From positions 65,160 to 129,159 of the forward strand of contig NMRA01000763.1 of the NCBI GenBank assembly GCA_002633005.1: a stretch of 64,000 bases of DNA, in the 5' to 3' direction. This DNA comes from Phoronis australis (lineage: Eukaryota > Animalia > Phoronida). The position numbers and the translations under genes are program-made. The notes under the pieces are model-generated. The model was not told the origin of the DNA and ran no database searches. It saw nothing but the letters and a program-made list of their open reading frames with translations. The first letter of the stretch is position 1. Each line of letters starts with the position of its first letter. This document shows, piece after piece, positions 1 through 13,260 of the stretch.

Positions 1-222
1 TTTGACAACAAGTTCATGAAAATCGGTTGGGCAGAGACAGATTTATGAGGAAAAGCATTACTCACAAGCATCAAATGGCGGCCATTTTGAAAAATGGCCG
101 CCATTTTGGAATTTTAGGTGGCTAGTCGGGTAGATCTGTTGAGTATACCTTAGGATGTCACCATGCCAATTTTGGTGCTTGTATCATCAAATGCATGATT
201 TTTCCACTATCTGCCCCGCTAT
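1..222. mobile_element. Right terminus of an Academ-like DNA transposon (truncated by window start)
   Basis: Repeated TGGCGGCCATTTTG/TGGCCGCCATTTTG subterminal motifs, as in the TIRs of the 30572-33301 element; ends ...GCCCCGCTA (CTA terminus). Confidence 0.5.
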
Positions 223-671
223 AAGTATAGGCTCTCCCGCGATATCCCTGGCGACCGGCAGTGGCGCTGCGCAATACGACTCAGTTTCTTCGTCTGCTCC
301 ACTGTGCAATGAAGAAAATTTACTTCATTTTTAAAGAAAATGGAACCTGAGTGACGATGAAAAAACAGAAACTTCTGGTAAGATGTGAATTTTAATTGAA
401 GCCTTAGTGAATCCCTCAGAAACTCATAACTCTCTCTTTGACAAACACTAATTTAAGACGATTTCCAAAGCCATCCCGTCATTATTGCCAACACGAAAAA
501 CGGATTAAGGGCTTTTGGGCATTTGAAGACTATTTTAAATACAACAAATTTGTTAAGAACCGATTGCACAAAGTATGAAACGTGTATTAAGCATTACAAA
601 AAGAAGTGGGTTTCGCGTGCAAACGCTGTGGACCATAAACAAGTAGGTCTCTTAGTAAACGATTAGTGGTT

Positions 672-747
672 AAATAGTGGTGGTTTAGTGGTAAAGCACG
701 CGCACTCCATTCGCCAGGTTGTGAGTTCGAGTCTCCGGTACCTTGCA
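672..747 (+). other. tRNA-derived SINE head or pseudo-tRNA
   Basis: Pol III A-box-like TGGTTTAGTGG and B-box GTTCGAGTC at tRNA-like spacing; no convincing acceptor stem. Confidence 0.4.
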
Positions 748-1513
748 GTTTCTCCTGTTTGACACGTTCTCCTTTTTTGCCTTTTTTCTTGTATAATACT
801 TCAGGAATCAAGGAAAATGCTTGATTTTTAGAGGAAAAAACAGAAAAATTACCTGGTGTTATGCGCATCTACAATCGTGGTTGGCGCAAATGCTTATAGC
901 CGGACAAAATGTTGCCCCCCCCCCCCAAATAAAAATAACCTAAGAGTGGTCGCGCGCTAAAATCAATGGCAAATCCACCCAAGAAAAGTTGAGGTGCAGA
1001 CTAAATTAGATCCCGTCACGTTTGAGCACATCCTCCAAGAACTCACAAAACCAGTCGCATTGTCTCAGAAAGGTAGTTTCTATTCCTTGAAAGTGCATAA
1101 TTTGCAATCTTTCCAATTATGGCGCGTTCACGAGTAATGGCGACTAAGTTATTTGCGACATCGGTAGGAACTTCACGAAAGCTTTCTTTAGAGCTCAGTT
1201 TTTGGCTATATATAATATCACTTTCGGAAAACCTTGGTCCCTTTCTGGACTGGTCTGAGTGAGGGCACTGGGTTTTTCTTTAAAGTAGCTCAGCACTTAA
1301 ATCTTTATTACATAATTATAATGCAATACGTAACAGTAACTTGTTAATCCCTTAAGTCACGAGAATGGCATCATCTAATTTCTAAACAGATAATCTGAAC
1401 CAACTCGGGATTTATGAACTTAAAATGGACATCAGCCGTACCGACATCACTGTTAAGCACTCGCTGGTAACTTGCGTGAAAACTAGCAAGCACTTGGAAC
1501 GTGCACTCTGGAC

Positions 1514-4357
1514 TCAGCGCCCCGTCCGAACTCTCTGCACAGAGGGGTAGACTTTGGTCCGGATGTACTGTATACTTTTGTAGTCCCATTCGTCAGTGGG
1601 AACCGGCGTTTTCAGACACGCAGGAATATTTCCTGGGAAGAAGACCAATGATTTGAGGTGGTCTGCGTCAATAGCCGAGTCGAGATCCACGTCAATCAAA
1701 TCCAACCACGGGTATTCATTTTCGTTCCAAGGTCTTGAAAGGTTAAACGCTTCGTCGTCCACATCATCGCGTATCTGAATCTGAACAGCATAGCGGACGT
1801 TGCCTGTTTTAACTCGCTCAAGGAAATCATCGCGAAGATAAGACTGACTTCGAGTATCTCCGGGCTCTGCATCTAAGTTCCTGCAAATTAAAATCCGAAA
1901 ACTATGTGAAGTTGTTCTTGGTGAATTGCAAGTTTCAAGGGTTCCACACCACGTTCAGTGCAGTTACCTGTGCCAGCCTATTGTCTAACTAAACTTACAC
2001 ATAACCCTGGAAAATGTCAAAGCGCTAGATGACTTACATGTACTTTCAATTGGAACATCAAACAAAACCCAGTGATATCAACAGAAATTAAAAATCTTTC
2101 CGAAAAAACCCTAAAAATACCTGGTGAGCAGACTGAATTCAGTCTCAGTGGCAGAGAAGCATTTTCAATATTGCAATTTAATCTGATTATCGCGTTAGAG
2201 GCCTCTTTAAGTAAGGGATACAAGCACAAAAAATTCTAGAGCAAAAGCAGGATGCTGAAAAAACTGAAACCTGTTTTATCTGTGACTGCGATCGTTCTCG
2301 AAGTATGATGAATCGTGTGCGACCTCGCTTTGATTAATTTCCCTGTGGTTCGTAAATTATTGGAGTGGACTGTGGTGGTTACGTGCCCAGTCATGCCGTT
2401 GAAAACAGGCGTTGTTCTATGCATGTTTCTGTTTTGATAATTTCGCGTAAAGCATAACCAGGAACACCTAATCAATGATATGTAGGTACATGTACGCGCT
2501 TCCTGTTTTCAGAAAATATATTAGTGCAGACTTAATGTCTGTATGTTTTATAGCTTTACCGCTTATAGACATGCAGTTTGTTAAATTCAATTGTATTCTA
2601 AGGCTATTCTCAAACTGTCGCCTCTGGATAGACATACAATAATTACCAAATAATTCAAAAGGGGACAACGAAGGGCACTAGTTACCTAGGTTGAGCGTTT
2701 ACGACCATAAGCACTTATTTTTGTATTTTCACCTGAATAAGTCAATTTGCCTTTCAAGACTCAGGTACCCACAATCCTTCGGATCCTCCGGCTGGCGGTC
2801 ACCCGGAATCACGCGGAATCTCACCCACCGTACAACACCATCGTCAGCTATAAATTCGTGCGTTGGCCAGTAGAGATAATAAAGTCGTGTCAAGGACACT
2901 GGGCCTATGCGTAATGCATCGGCGTAGGACATTAGTCTGAAAACAAAGAAACGCATTGTGGAACCGATTACGATCTTTATGCACTGTAATAGAACAATGC
3001 AGTAAGAAATAAACACGAAAAAACTGAGACTACTGCTTTGCTCATTGGAAATAATATACTCTCTACTGAATTTCTCATTGGAAATAATATACTCTCAGGC
3101 CTCTCCAAATGTATATTTCTCTAGCTGTTTTTCCGGTCACTGGTGTCATACCCAGAGAAAAGATTACACACTGTATGTCAGTCATAGAACCTAGTCACAA
3201 ACAAACCCACTAGTTGAAAAAGGAACCTTCGTCGAACAAGCGTTTCAAAGGAAAAAGCACCTTTACACATGCGCATGTTTAGCTCCAAGTGCTTGAAGAG
3301 TAGGACATCTGGTGTCGAAGGACGATCCAATAGTGTCTATGAATAGATTGCGTTGTTACTGAGATGCTACAGTACGTAAGTCAGAAGGTGGTTGCGCATT
3401 GTACAAAATTTCGCGAATATCAATCTAATTAATGTTTCGACTTGGGAGTATGATACTAAATTAGCTGCTTCAAGGTCAGGAGTAATCCATTGATAAACTG
3501 CATGTCACATTTGTATAACACGTGTTTGTCACGAATTAAGTATTTGCAGGTCTTTAATCAATAAAATATATTGTAGTCAGACTGGTAACTTGTGATCATT
3601 TGAGAATTGCAGGTGGTATTATTTTGAATGACTGGTATGAAATGCACAGATCCAGATCGAAAACTTACATAATAGGAAATTTTCTTGCGTTCCTTTCGAT
3701 ATCTTCATATTTTCGCCCTTTGACAGTACACATTAAAGTTTTCAGGTTGAAAAAGGAACTCAGCCGACCTGTATTAGCCATTATATCCCATTCTTTTCCA
3801 TTGGTGGCGTCGACAAACTTGACTGACAAAGAATATCCGCCTAGACCACGATCGTCATTCAGCCGTGGCCCAAACCTACCGTGGCGTATCACAACATCGA
3901 ATGTTTTACCTGAAAAACACGGTTAGTTACATGTATATCATTGCACTGGCACAACAAGACAAGTGCTTTTTGTCCTTAGCTTCTCACTGAGGCATTTGCA
4001 GTTCTTTGATTATTAATTTATCCTTTGACATGTTATTTATTTTGTTCATTATTTATTTTAATGCGTTTCTTATATTCGTAACCACCGTACAGCGTACAGA
4101 AGAACAATGTGATGCATGCTGTAAGCATTACCTCTGCAGCCGGGATGTAAAGACACACCCCATTCACACCGGAATCGACTATAGTCACACGGGTAATTAT
4201 TATGTTGTTAAAAAAATCCTAAAATCCTCATAATTCAAGCCCTTATAGTAAATTACCCTATCTACGTTATGATCGTTATGATATTCAGAAAGTTCATCTT
4301 TGGCCATTGTAAGCAGGGAGGTCTTGGATTTAACCCAGCTCTACATGTATATGTACA

Positions 4358-4414
<57 letters not shown>

Positions 4415-7400
4415 CACGTTTCGTTAAGCAAATAAGGATATTAATCATATGTTTGACCCCACTTTTTGAGATATATAAGGCGACTAACGACAGGTGGCAT
4501 CATCCGACTGGGTCAGTTACTTTGTGGGTTGAACCAAAATCAAAGATGTTATTGCATCAACAAAAATGAGTTCAAGTACACGCAATACTAGCTTTAAGCT
4601 TAGGAATGTACATGTATGCTTAAAACCTCGGCATTCAAGTGATACCAAGGATTCTCAATGTTACACAATTGCTAGTTCTGTGAACAATCCGAGCAGAGTA
4701 AGATAAAAGCTTTTGCCAAATTAGTGCGCAAAAATAAAATCTTACTCAACACCATCTTCGAGCATGAGACTTGGTATTGAGAATTCAAGTGATACTGAAA
4801 TTATTAAACATGCCGCTACAATGATTTTTTTACAAGCAAGCTGTTTGTTATTGGCTATCATATGTGACATACCAGCGTGAACGACGATAGACTGAAGGCG
4901 TTCTAAAATTAAGTTAAACAATTGTAAGAGCACCTCAAATCATTGCACCATTGTGCTGTTTGTGTCGTTCTTAAGACTGTGTTTGTTTGGAACACTTCCG
5001 TTTTGATATTTAACTATCGTGAGTTCATTTAACCCGATAATCTTTCGATTCATTATTTAGTTTATCTGGCGTGACGACAGCCAAATGGCTAAAACCGAAG
5101 CTCCGAAACAATGGGCGTTTACTACAACGTAATATGAAGGCGGGAAGCAGAATTTGTAAGTGTACATCTTCTCGGTAATTGTTGGATATGACGTGACCGA
5201 ATTTCGACAACCAGTTTTCTCCACTGAATAACAGGCATCAAACTGTTTTTTTCAAAATACGCAGGCACGTCATATTTCAATACTGCCCATCCTCTCATTA
5301 GACCCCAGTTTGTGCAACTTTTGTCGATGGCGTTCCTTGGCTAAATAAAACTGCCGCTGCCTCCCAACTACGTGGTCAGGCCAACCATCCCGAATACACT
5401 CCAGAACCGCAGCGGAGTTCTAACCGACATGACACTGAATCATTTAGAGCTCTTGCTGGAAAAAAGCTGACTGTGAAGTCATCCCAACTCCATCCAGGAC
5501 ATTTGGCAAGAGTCTGGCAACATTTCGGCTTCGTATCCACAAGAGCACACTACATAGATCTGGGAGCCATATATTTAGATCTCAGTGAACGTTCTGACGA
5601 CCTATTACAGCGTCTCACTGTATTATTCGAGAACAATTTGCAGTAGTTGCCGTCGGATGGTCGGGTGTGGCAAAAAGGAATCGACATCCACGAAAATAAG
5701 ACTCCCTCTCTCGAAAATGCAATCGTGTTTTATGGCTACATCTAATCAACTGCATCAAGACTGAAATTTCTCAGAGTATTGACTCTCTACTTGATGAACT
5801 TAGGTGCATCAAGGGCACTTGTGGCAGATTTAGGGGGGGGGCAAGGGGACCATGCCATCCCCACTTAAAATTCTTCCAGATTCCCTTTGACATTTCGGGG
5901 GTGAGAATGTGTGATGGGCAAAATTGGCTAATGCTATGTCCTGCTCTCCCCAAATGAAAATCCTGGAAAAGCCCTGTAACCAGGTCTAAGGCAGCGCAAC
6001 ATTGTGCCCCTCGTCCTGCGTTTTATACACTAGCGCCCAACGCACTTCTTCAGATAGCTTCTCGTGTCAGTGCCCGTTTTTCCCGCAACAACAAACGCGC
6101 CTTTCTCAAAGTACAACTCTACCAACGTTGACGACGACACCGGAAAGACTCCCCCACAACAAACATCATTTTACGACCACTGCTGTCCTGACTCCGCTGT
6201 CACGCTTCGTGATCACATATTCCAATCTCCTCATCTCGACATATTTGTTGGTCAAACCCACATGCGTTCGACATTTGATTGTCATGTGACAGGAAACGAG
6301 TTTAGCGGATCGTGTGCACGATCATTGGTCGCGAAAGTTCGTAAAAATTGTCAAACCGCCTTCATGACTAGTCTTTACACGTGGAAACTATCCCTTCTTT
6401 TTCGGCGTTCTTGTTATCGAGTCCCTTGACGTAGACGTTTTGACATTAACTTCATTGATGACTTAAACTGAAATTTCAGTACGACCTGCTCGCAAGGCGA
6501 TCACGTTGGCTGACGGATCAAAGTACACCAACGGCCAACCGGTTGACAAAACCCTACGACCCACTGCGCGACTGTCCCACGGATTGCGTGCTCGCACTCA
6601 AGAGATAGCCATTTAGTTTGGTGATTATCTTGAGTTGGAAGCGACGTCTGATTTTACCGATCCTGAACCAGGTACTGCCTTTGAACCTTGCACCGACTGC
6701 ATCTGCCTCTGTTCTACGGATCACAACTTGCCATCCTTGCCCCGACTGATGGCATGATTCTCTTGTTCATCAACACCGATGAATCACGATTTTTGCAAAG
6801 AGATCAACAGTTTCGCCAATTGCACACCGTGCTTACTCCTTCAGAGGTGTCAGCTGGATCCCTGACCCTGTGTACGCCTATCAATTCAAATTACCTTGGA
6901 TCACCATTGCTTGTCTCCGTTGATCCCGTCAATGTTTTGCATGGTGCAGATCGGGACAGGCTCTACGCCCTGCTTTGCGAATTCGCTCACGTGCTCGATC
7001 CGCAATATCCCGGGTACAACGGCGCCGCAGGTCCATTTGAGGCAGTTGTCAACATGTATCTCCTGGAACTGCAACAAAAATTCACCGAGTTGGGTGCTAC
7101 TTGGAGTTTGCGTCCATCCAGAAGATGCTGGTACTACAGTAGATCGTCCCACAGAAGTTTAAATACAGCACTTGAAAATATTGGCCGGTACGCCAAGCCA
7201 CAATGATCTCTCATGCCTGACGTACACTCGTGCTTTGGAAGATTGCACGACGGAAGCTCACCGTTAAGACTGATCTTACGAATACTTTCTAACAAATTCC
7301 TTTGTCACGATATTCCATGAAGTAGTGTGACTCATCCACAGCATTCCAAGGTATTGGTGTCTAGGCATGCTGCACCATTGGCATGCCCGGTTCAAAAGAG

Positions 7401-10400
7401 CTGACCAAGCTTACTGATGACCTCTACTGTGGCGATCAGATTATCATAGACTTGATGATCAACTGGAAAAGCTGCTGTCCTCATTGTCGAAAGCCCATCT
7501 CCGTCTTTTTTCTACGATGATTGTCATAATACCATAACGCACAGAGGTACTCGGCTGGATTTGGGAGATGGGTACTTTGCAAGCTAGCCCACGTCGCATA
7601 GCTGCTCTCTCGTCTTTTGCCAAACCTAGCACTGTCTGACAGATGCGATCCTTCATCGGGGACGTGAAAGCTATGACGATAGTCATGCCTTGCTGCGTAT
7701 CTTTCATCACCCCACTGGACATCGCTATATTTGGTTGCAAATCAAAAGATTTCATTGTCAGGGCCGATGTTTTACAGGTTGTCTTCTTCTCGGCCCAACA
7801 GCACTGTCCACACATCACACTAGACACTTTACCCAGACCAGACGACCGACCACCTATGGATTGTCACAGACGCCTGCGCCAAATACCTAGGCATCGCTGG
7901 TACGCTATATCTCTCTCGTGAAGGCAAGCCACGAAAAAATGAAACCAAAACAGGTAAATTGTCTCCCATGCAAAATTTAGGCTCTCGTCATAACCTCCTC
8001 CGTCAAACATCCTGCAAGCAATGCTTACAAGCTTTCAAGAGGGTCTGCATAGGAAAATTTCCAGTGATTCCTCGTTTGTCGGTGTGGACCGGTTTTCAAA
8101 ATTAAAACAGTGTACGTCCCAGAAACCGTTTTCTATAACTTCCCCGCAAAAGGTTGCCAGCAGACTGGCTGACAACTTCATCATAGTGCCAGGAAATTGG
8201 AGTTTAGTTTAGTCAGTATTTACAATGTACACAGTTAATTCATTTATAAGTGAAATGTTTCTGTGTTCAGACTGTCTTCACCCAGTGATCCTTACCTGGT
8301 TTAAAGTAGTCCGTTGCTGGCATAACCGTGTTCTCTAACACAGTTGCACGCCCTCTAGCGCCAATACCAACCGGATGAGACAGTCTTACTTTCTTTATCC
8401 AAGCAGCGAAACATAGTTTTAGGGCAAGAGAAGTACATTTCCTGTTTAGACTTCTCAAACTCCCTCTGCTCGCACAACAGCCTTCCAAGTGAACCTGATG
8501 AGTTATGAAAATGAGGTTAAATTAGGACTTGATTCGCAAACTTTAGTATTAGCAGGAAGAGATAACCAAAATCCTGGTTATCTCTTCCTGGTATTAGCTA
8601 CATTCATTTGCCGTCAGCAAGTTCGTCAATGTTGCTTCGGTCTGGTTTGTAGCCCGAGATGTTTTCACAGTTCAACAGCAACATCCGGAAATGTTCGTTA
8701 ACATAACTGCATGCTCCGAGGGGGTCATTCGTATTGACAAGGTGCTTGCAGGCTTGTACCAAATATAGCGGACTACCTTTTCAGCCAGTTCTGCGGTACC
8801 CACACGGCGTTCAATAGGCATTTCCATTTCGTCCCCGTAAAAAGCCCACTCCATTGGCCTCAGCCCTACAAAAGGCGCAGTAACCGTCTTCCTGCCCGCA
8901 ATATGCATCACAAAAGCGAGTGGGAATTAGTAGACATGGCACTCGCAATAGGGGGTTTCTCAGGATGTTTTGGTACACGCCGGCAGGTACCTCAAAAAGC
9001 AGGAATAACTAATGACCTCATTTACCCAACGAGTATTGTTGACAGCAGGACATGCTTGGAGTCATGGACGGATCGGCCTACAATGGCAGCCACATAACAA
9101 AAACGTTTTTAGCTCTCCGTTAACAGAACATTTCTTCGTAAAAAGAGAATTACCTTAGGCTTTTTGCATTGCAAGATTGTTGCCAACATATCAGTCACCG
9201 ATAACATTGCTTCATGAAGTCTTTTGGACAGTAGCCAAGCACGCCACGACAATTTAAAACTGCTAGTACATATAATACATCATCGTAAAACATTAAATAT
9301 CCAACCATACCTCGAACTGGTTTTCTACAAGTTGGTCAAAAGTTGCATCGCCGTATTTTGCCCGCAGGATGGCGTACATGGTGTTAGTCCATCCTGCGAT
9401 GTCCGGAAGGTAACTGCAAATTGAAGTCAAAGGCGTTTTCCTCAAATTATCGGCTAACGATTGTTTTTGTGCTTCACCACCGATTTTTAAATAAAGCTTT
9501 TACTTACTTGTGACGCTTAGTTCACCTTAACAAATCATATATTAACACATGGATGGGTCAAAGGTCAGGGATCGTGCAAAGGTTTGACACAAGTTAGCCT
9601 CAGAATTAATTGATTTCTGAATGCATCTCTTGACAGTTTACAATAAAACAGCAGTTGAAGCCTCTGGATGTCACAGTCTACACTTAGAGGGCGGTGACTG
9701 GGCCACCGAGGTCACAACGGACTGTTTTAACTGCAATCAGAAATACTCTGACCTAAACAATAAAGGATGATGGCCTGCCACAGCGGTAAGGCATGGCCAT
9801 GGTGCGTCAGTATTGTCTGTCGAGCTACTAAAGCGATTTTTGTTAATATTTCCCAGTACATATTTGTGTATGGAATCCAGTCTCACTTGAGAGTAAAATA
9901 AGATGTTGATGATGGCGTGGTTGTTGAAAGCCTGTTATACACTCGATCGCCAAGCAACGAAATCTGTACCTATGTACATGTACTATTAATTGACACGATA
10001 TTATCACATTCATCGAGCCAAAACGATTGCAAAACATTCAATGGATGAAATAGATCGTTGCTGGGTTCACAGGAATACTTCAGTTTTCAGAACTTCAGAA
10101 TCGTCTACCGTAGAATTCTTTTTTCCAAAAAGTATTCCCAAAATCATCTCGGAGCAGAAATGGACATTGTTTTTTTACCGAGTGCGAGCAAGTATTCTTC
10201 CACGTGAAGCAAAATGTTCTAGAACACAGAATAATAGACATTTTCCTGAGTTCGCACAAAACTAAAACCTAAAACATCAATAATAATGATATCGTTTGAG
10301 AATACAAAGATTAGACACTGGCCCGGACTCTCAGCAGAGATAAAGATGTGGACGTCATCCCAACCTATCTGGCCACCACGGCCTAACTCTTGACTGCACC

Positions 10401-11258
10401 ACTGATCATTGAAACTGGTTTGACATGAGTAAAAGATATACCCACACCACTTAAGGTGATTTATATTTTTTTGATTAAGTGATCAAGCGAAAATATTTCA
10501 CATCATTGCGATAATTTTCAAAACAGCTAACACCAGAGCCAAATAAACGTTTTGGCTAACATATTTGAGTATTAGGACAGTTTTTTAGCTAAACGCTGAA
10601 ACCAATCACCTTACCTGTCTCTCTCAGAGATACCATTTTCGGTGATTTTCTCCAGGATAGAGGCTGTCGTTGATTCTGACGCGTTCGACACGGTGTTCCT
10701 TTTCCTGTTGAAAGTAGGTAGAAGGAGAATACGGTAGTTTGAGAAATGACATTATTCTTGAAATATTGTTGGGAGTGAGAGGAGTAGCTTATTGTAAGTT
10801 TATTGTATCAGAATAGCAATAACTTCAACTTCTGGAATGCATGACTGGTTTTCAAATTAGGTGTTTTTTCGAGAAAACGGCGAATGTATTGAAGCAAACT
10901 AATTGTCTCAGAAAATAGTTGATAGCTTAGGTGCTGAACTTTTTTGATTTGCTTTCACAATGTATGCTGCAAATTTATTAAGGTTTGTTATTTTGATACT
11001 ATGAGTTTCGTTTTTTTCGAAAATAAGTGGTATGTGCATGTTATTAAGTTTAGATTTGGTTTAACATATTTTTTTCAACAAAAAAGACACAGACCAGGTA
11101 AAAAATCAATAAATTTACCCTCATGGTTTCATCTAGAATTTTTCGGCTCGGTACTTTTAGATTTCATATTTCATGTCGACACCGGAAGTAGAATCACCGA
11201 CCCTTTTGTAGTGAAATTACCCTCTGACACAGCACCACTTATAACCAAAAGTGGCCAT
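1514..11258 (-). CDS. Catalase-related allene oxide synthase/hydroperoxide lyase (cAOS-like heme protein), stand-alone, about 413 aa, 7 coding exons
   Basis: Exons 11258-11221, 10704-10615, 9413-9311, 8494-8296, 3909-3669, 2936-2733, 1880-1514; all GT-AG with consistent phases (2,2,0,1,2,2). Translation is colinear with the coral AOS-LOX AOS domain as recalled: [26 protein letters not shown] (distal His), [22 protein letters not shown] (distal Asn), [61 protein letters not shown] (RxxxY proximal Tyr). The first exon and start are less certain (in-frame ATG also at 11321). Confidence 0.9.
4365..4412. repeat. (GT)n microsatellite
   Basis: Pure GT dinucleotide run. Confidence 0.95.
5290..7960 (+). 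mobile_element. Decayed Ty3/Gypsy-like LTR retrotransposon gag-pol remnant in cAOS intron 4, antisense to the host gene
   Basis: Gag-like [27 protein letters not shown] (about 5490-5640). Pol-like [66 protein letters not shown] (RT DD motif), LGWIW, MRSFIG. Many stops and frameshifts. Confidence 0.8.
5812..5976. mobile_element. Short MITE-like insertion inside the Gypsy remnant
   Basis: CAGGGC-like/GCCCTG ends with GGCAGATTTAGGGGGGGGGCAAGGGG and GCCATCCCC inverted G/C tracts; interrupts the gag-like sequence. Confidence 0.45.
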
Positions 11259-11797
11259 GTGGAACCATGATGAACGACAGACGGAATTCTGCGTGTGGGC
11301 ATCAATGCCGGCTGTCATCATAACATTCTCCAACTAAATAGAACTACATGTACCTTTTTTTGACCCGGATATTCATATGGAGGACAATCAGAAACCTCTT
11401 GTATGGTAGTTACATTGGCTCAAAACGTGAATTTTGACGAACTGACACATCCAAATAGGTTGGTTGTACTTACATTGCAATTATTTTAAATGAAATAAAA
11501 TAACCTAAAAGATAAGCAATATATTTAATCACACAGTTTTTATTTTTAAAACATACACGCAAATGCACATGACAGGGAAAAGGAAACAACTTTGCCCAAG
11601 AAAATAAACATGGCCGTACAATAGTCTAGTTAATAAAAATGATATTGAGAAACTTGTGACGAAGTGAGATATGTTAACAAATACACAACATACATCTACA
11701 TAAGTGCTGCATATCAACACATATAAATACCACAACTTCTATCTTACATAATATACAAATGTTTAAGTTGTAAGCTAGTTGGTTAACAAAATATGAT

Positions 11798-12082
11798 GAA
11801 CAAAATACTTATTATTGGGGTAGAAACAGACCAGAACCATTGTGATAACAGGAGAAATTATACATACCTTTAATCGCATTTGTTTGGGCCAAAATATGAG
11901 TACAAACTTTAAAATCAGCGAATATGTAAACAACGACAACAACAACAAAATACTTATTATTTGAGGTAGAAACGGACCGTTACAATTGTGATAATAGAAG
12001 AAACTGATGCATACCTTTAATCACATTTGTTTTTGGCCAAAAATGAGTACGAACTTTAAAATCGGGGCATATGTAAACGACG
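11798..12082. repeat. Two-copy tandem duplication of a ~140-bp unit
   Basis: AACAAAATACTTATTATT..GGTAGAAAC..TTGTGATAA..CATACCTTTAATC..GGCCAAAA..GAGTAC.AACTTTAAAATC..ATATGTAAAC occurs twice; a partial inverted copy lies near 12214-12245. Confidence 0.8.
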
Positions 12083-12526
12083 GCATATTTATGGACGTTT
12101 GGGTTTATAGTCTCCCAAGGAAAAATTCACAATATTTCAATCAGGTGACACCGGTGTAGAACACAGTGTACAGGCACACAACAGATAAAAATCGAAACGT
12201 TGATCAATATTTCGCTTACATTTGCGCTGATTTTAAAGTTGGTAAGCATACCTTTAAGCCTGGTATTTAGGTCATGGCAGAAATATAATTTATCACCTCT
12301 ATACTTTCATATTCCAATATAATGTAGTACATAGGTTTTTCTGATTTTCTGATATACAACTTATTTTAATGGCTCTTTTGCTTTTGCCATCCAGTCATAA
12401 CCAAAATACCAATTACAGTCAGTTAACAAGTGAATAAATAGTATCAAAAAATATTCTTTTGCTCAGGCTAAAATGCTAAGATCCTGAAATTAAAACTATA
12501 CAGTAAATCTGGCTCAAGCACCAACT

Positions 12527-13260
12527 ATTTTATTTTATTTATTTATTTATTTATTTATTCTAATATTTAAAATGAGGGTAGCCTATTCAAGTGACAGCAC
12601 TGCTTTTACGGAGGGACCTCAACAACATAATGTAATACAGTAAAATATAATAGGATAAAGTAGTTAAACAGTAACTAGATACAGGTAACAAAGCAGCAAT
12701 TAAAACAGGTTCATGAGGAAACTTTGACCAAAAGGGATGAAGTAAAGAGATGATACTAAATAGTGAGAGCATGTACAATAATGAAAAATGACATAATTAA
12801 GAAAGGTAAGGTGTTAGAATGGGTAAGTAAATTACAGCCACTTTTTAAAATTAATTCTGGCAGTAGTAATTGAATTGGGTCGTTTATTAGTTTCTAGGCT
12901 AAGAGAGATTCATATTGCAGCAGCAGCATAAATGAAAGATGTCTTGTCGATCTCGGTTTTATTGTTTTTAAAAGAAACGTTACCTGCAAAAGAAGAATGT
13001 ATAAAGCATATAGCTTGAGTGCTACTGAATTTGTGGCCAAAATATGTTGAAGCTAAGCCATTGACACATCTGTTACATGCAACAGGCAGAGAGAAGTTTA
13101 TTTCATATTATTTTGATACAATGTGAAACTTGAGATTGCATCAACTTATTTAACATCAGAATTACTTAATAATTACTGAAACAAAGTATACACTAAACGT
13201 CATCAGCATAGCATGTGCATCCAGCATGTACAATAACATACTTTATAAACCCCTTTTAAT
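12527..13260 (-). mobile_element. 3' remnant of a CR1/L2-group LINE with (TAAA)n tail
   Basis: Minus-strand peptide KTEIDKTSFIYAAAAI..PNSITT..NFKKWL resembles the L2/CR1 ORF2 C-terminus; followed by a UTR and (AATA)n tail at 12527-12559. Confidence 0.55.

Noticed and set aside
672-747. Functional tRNA gene (also 21831-21890)
   Set aside because: A and B boxes are present but a full cloverleaf cannot be folded; treated as SINE heads or pseudo-tRNAs.
8672-9097. Short ORFs inside cAOS intron 3
   Set aside because: Not needed for the phase-consistent gene model and no recognisable homology.
11119-11200. Alternative donor ATGAGG|GTAAAT as cAOS exon 1
   Set aside because: The phase needed to join exon 10704-10615 places a TGA directly before the junction; the 11221 donor fits.
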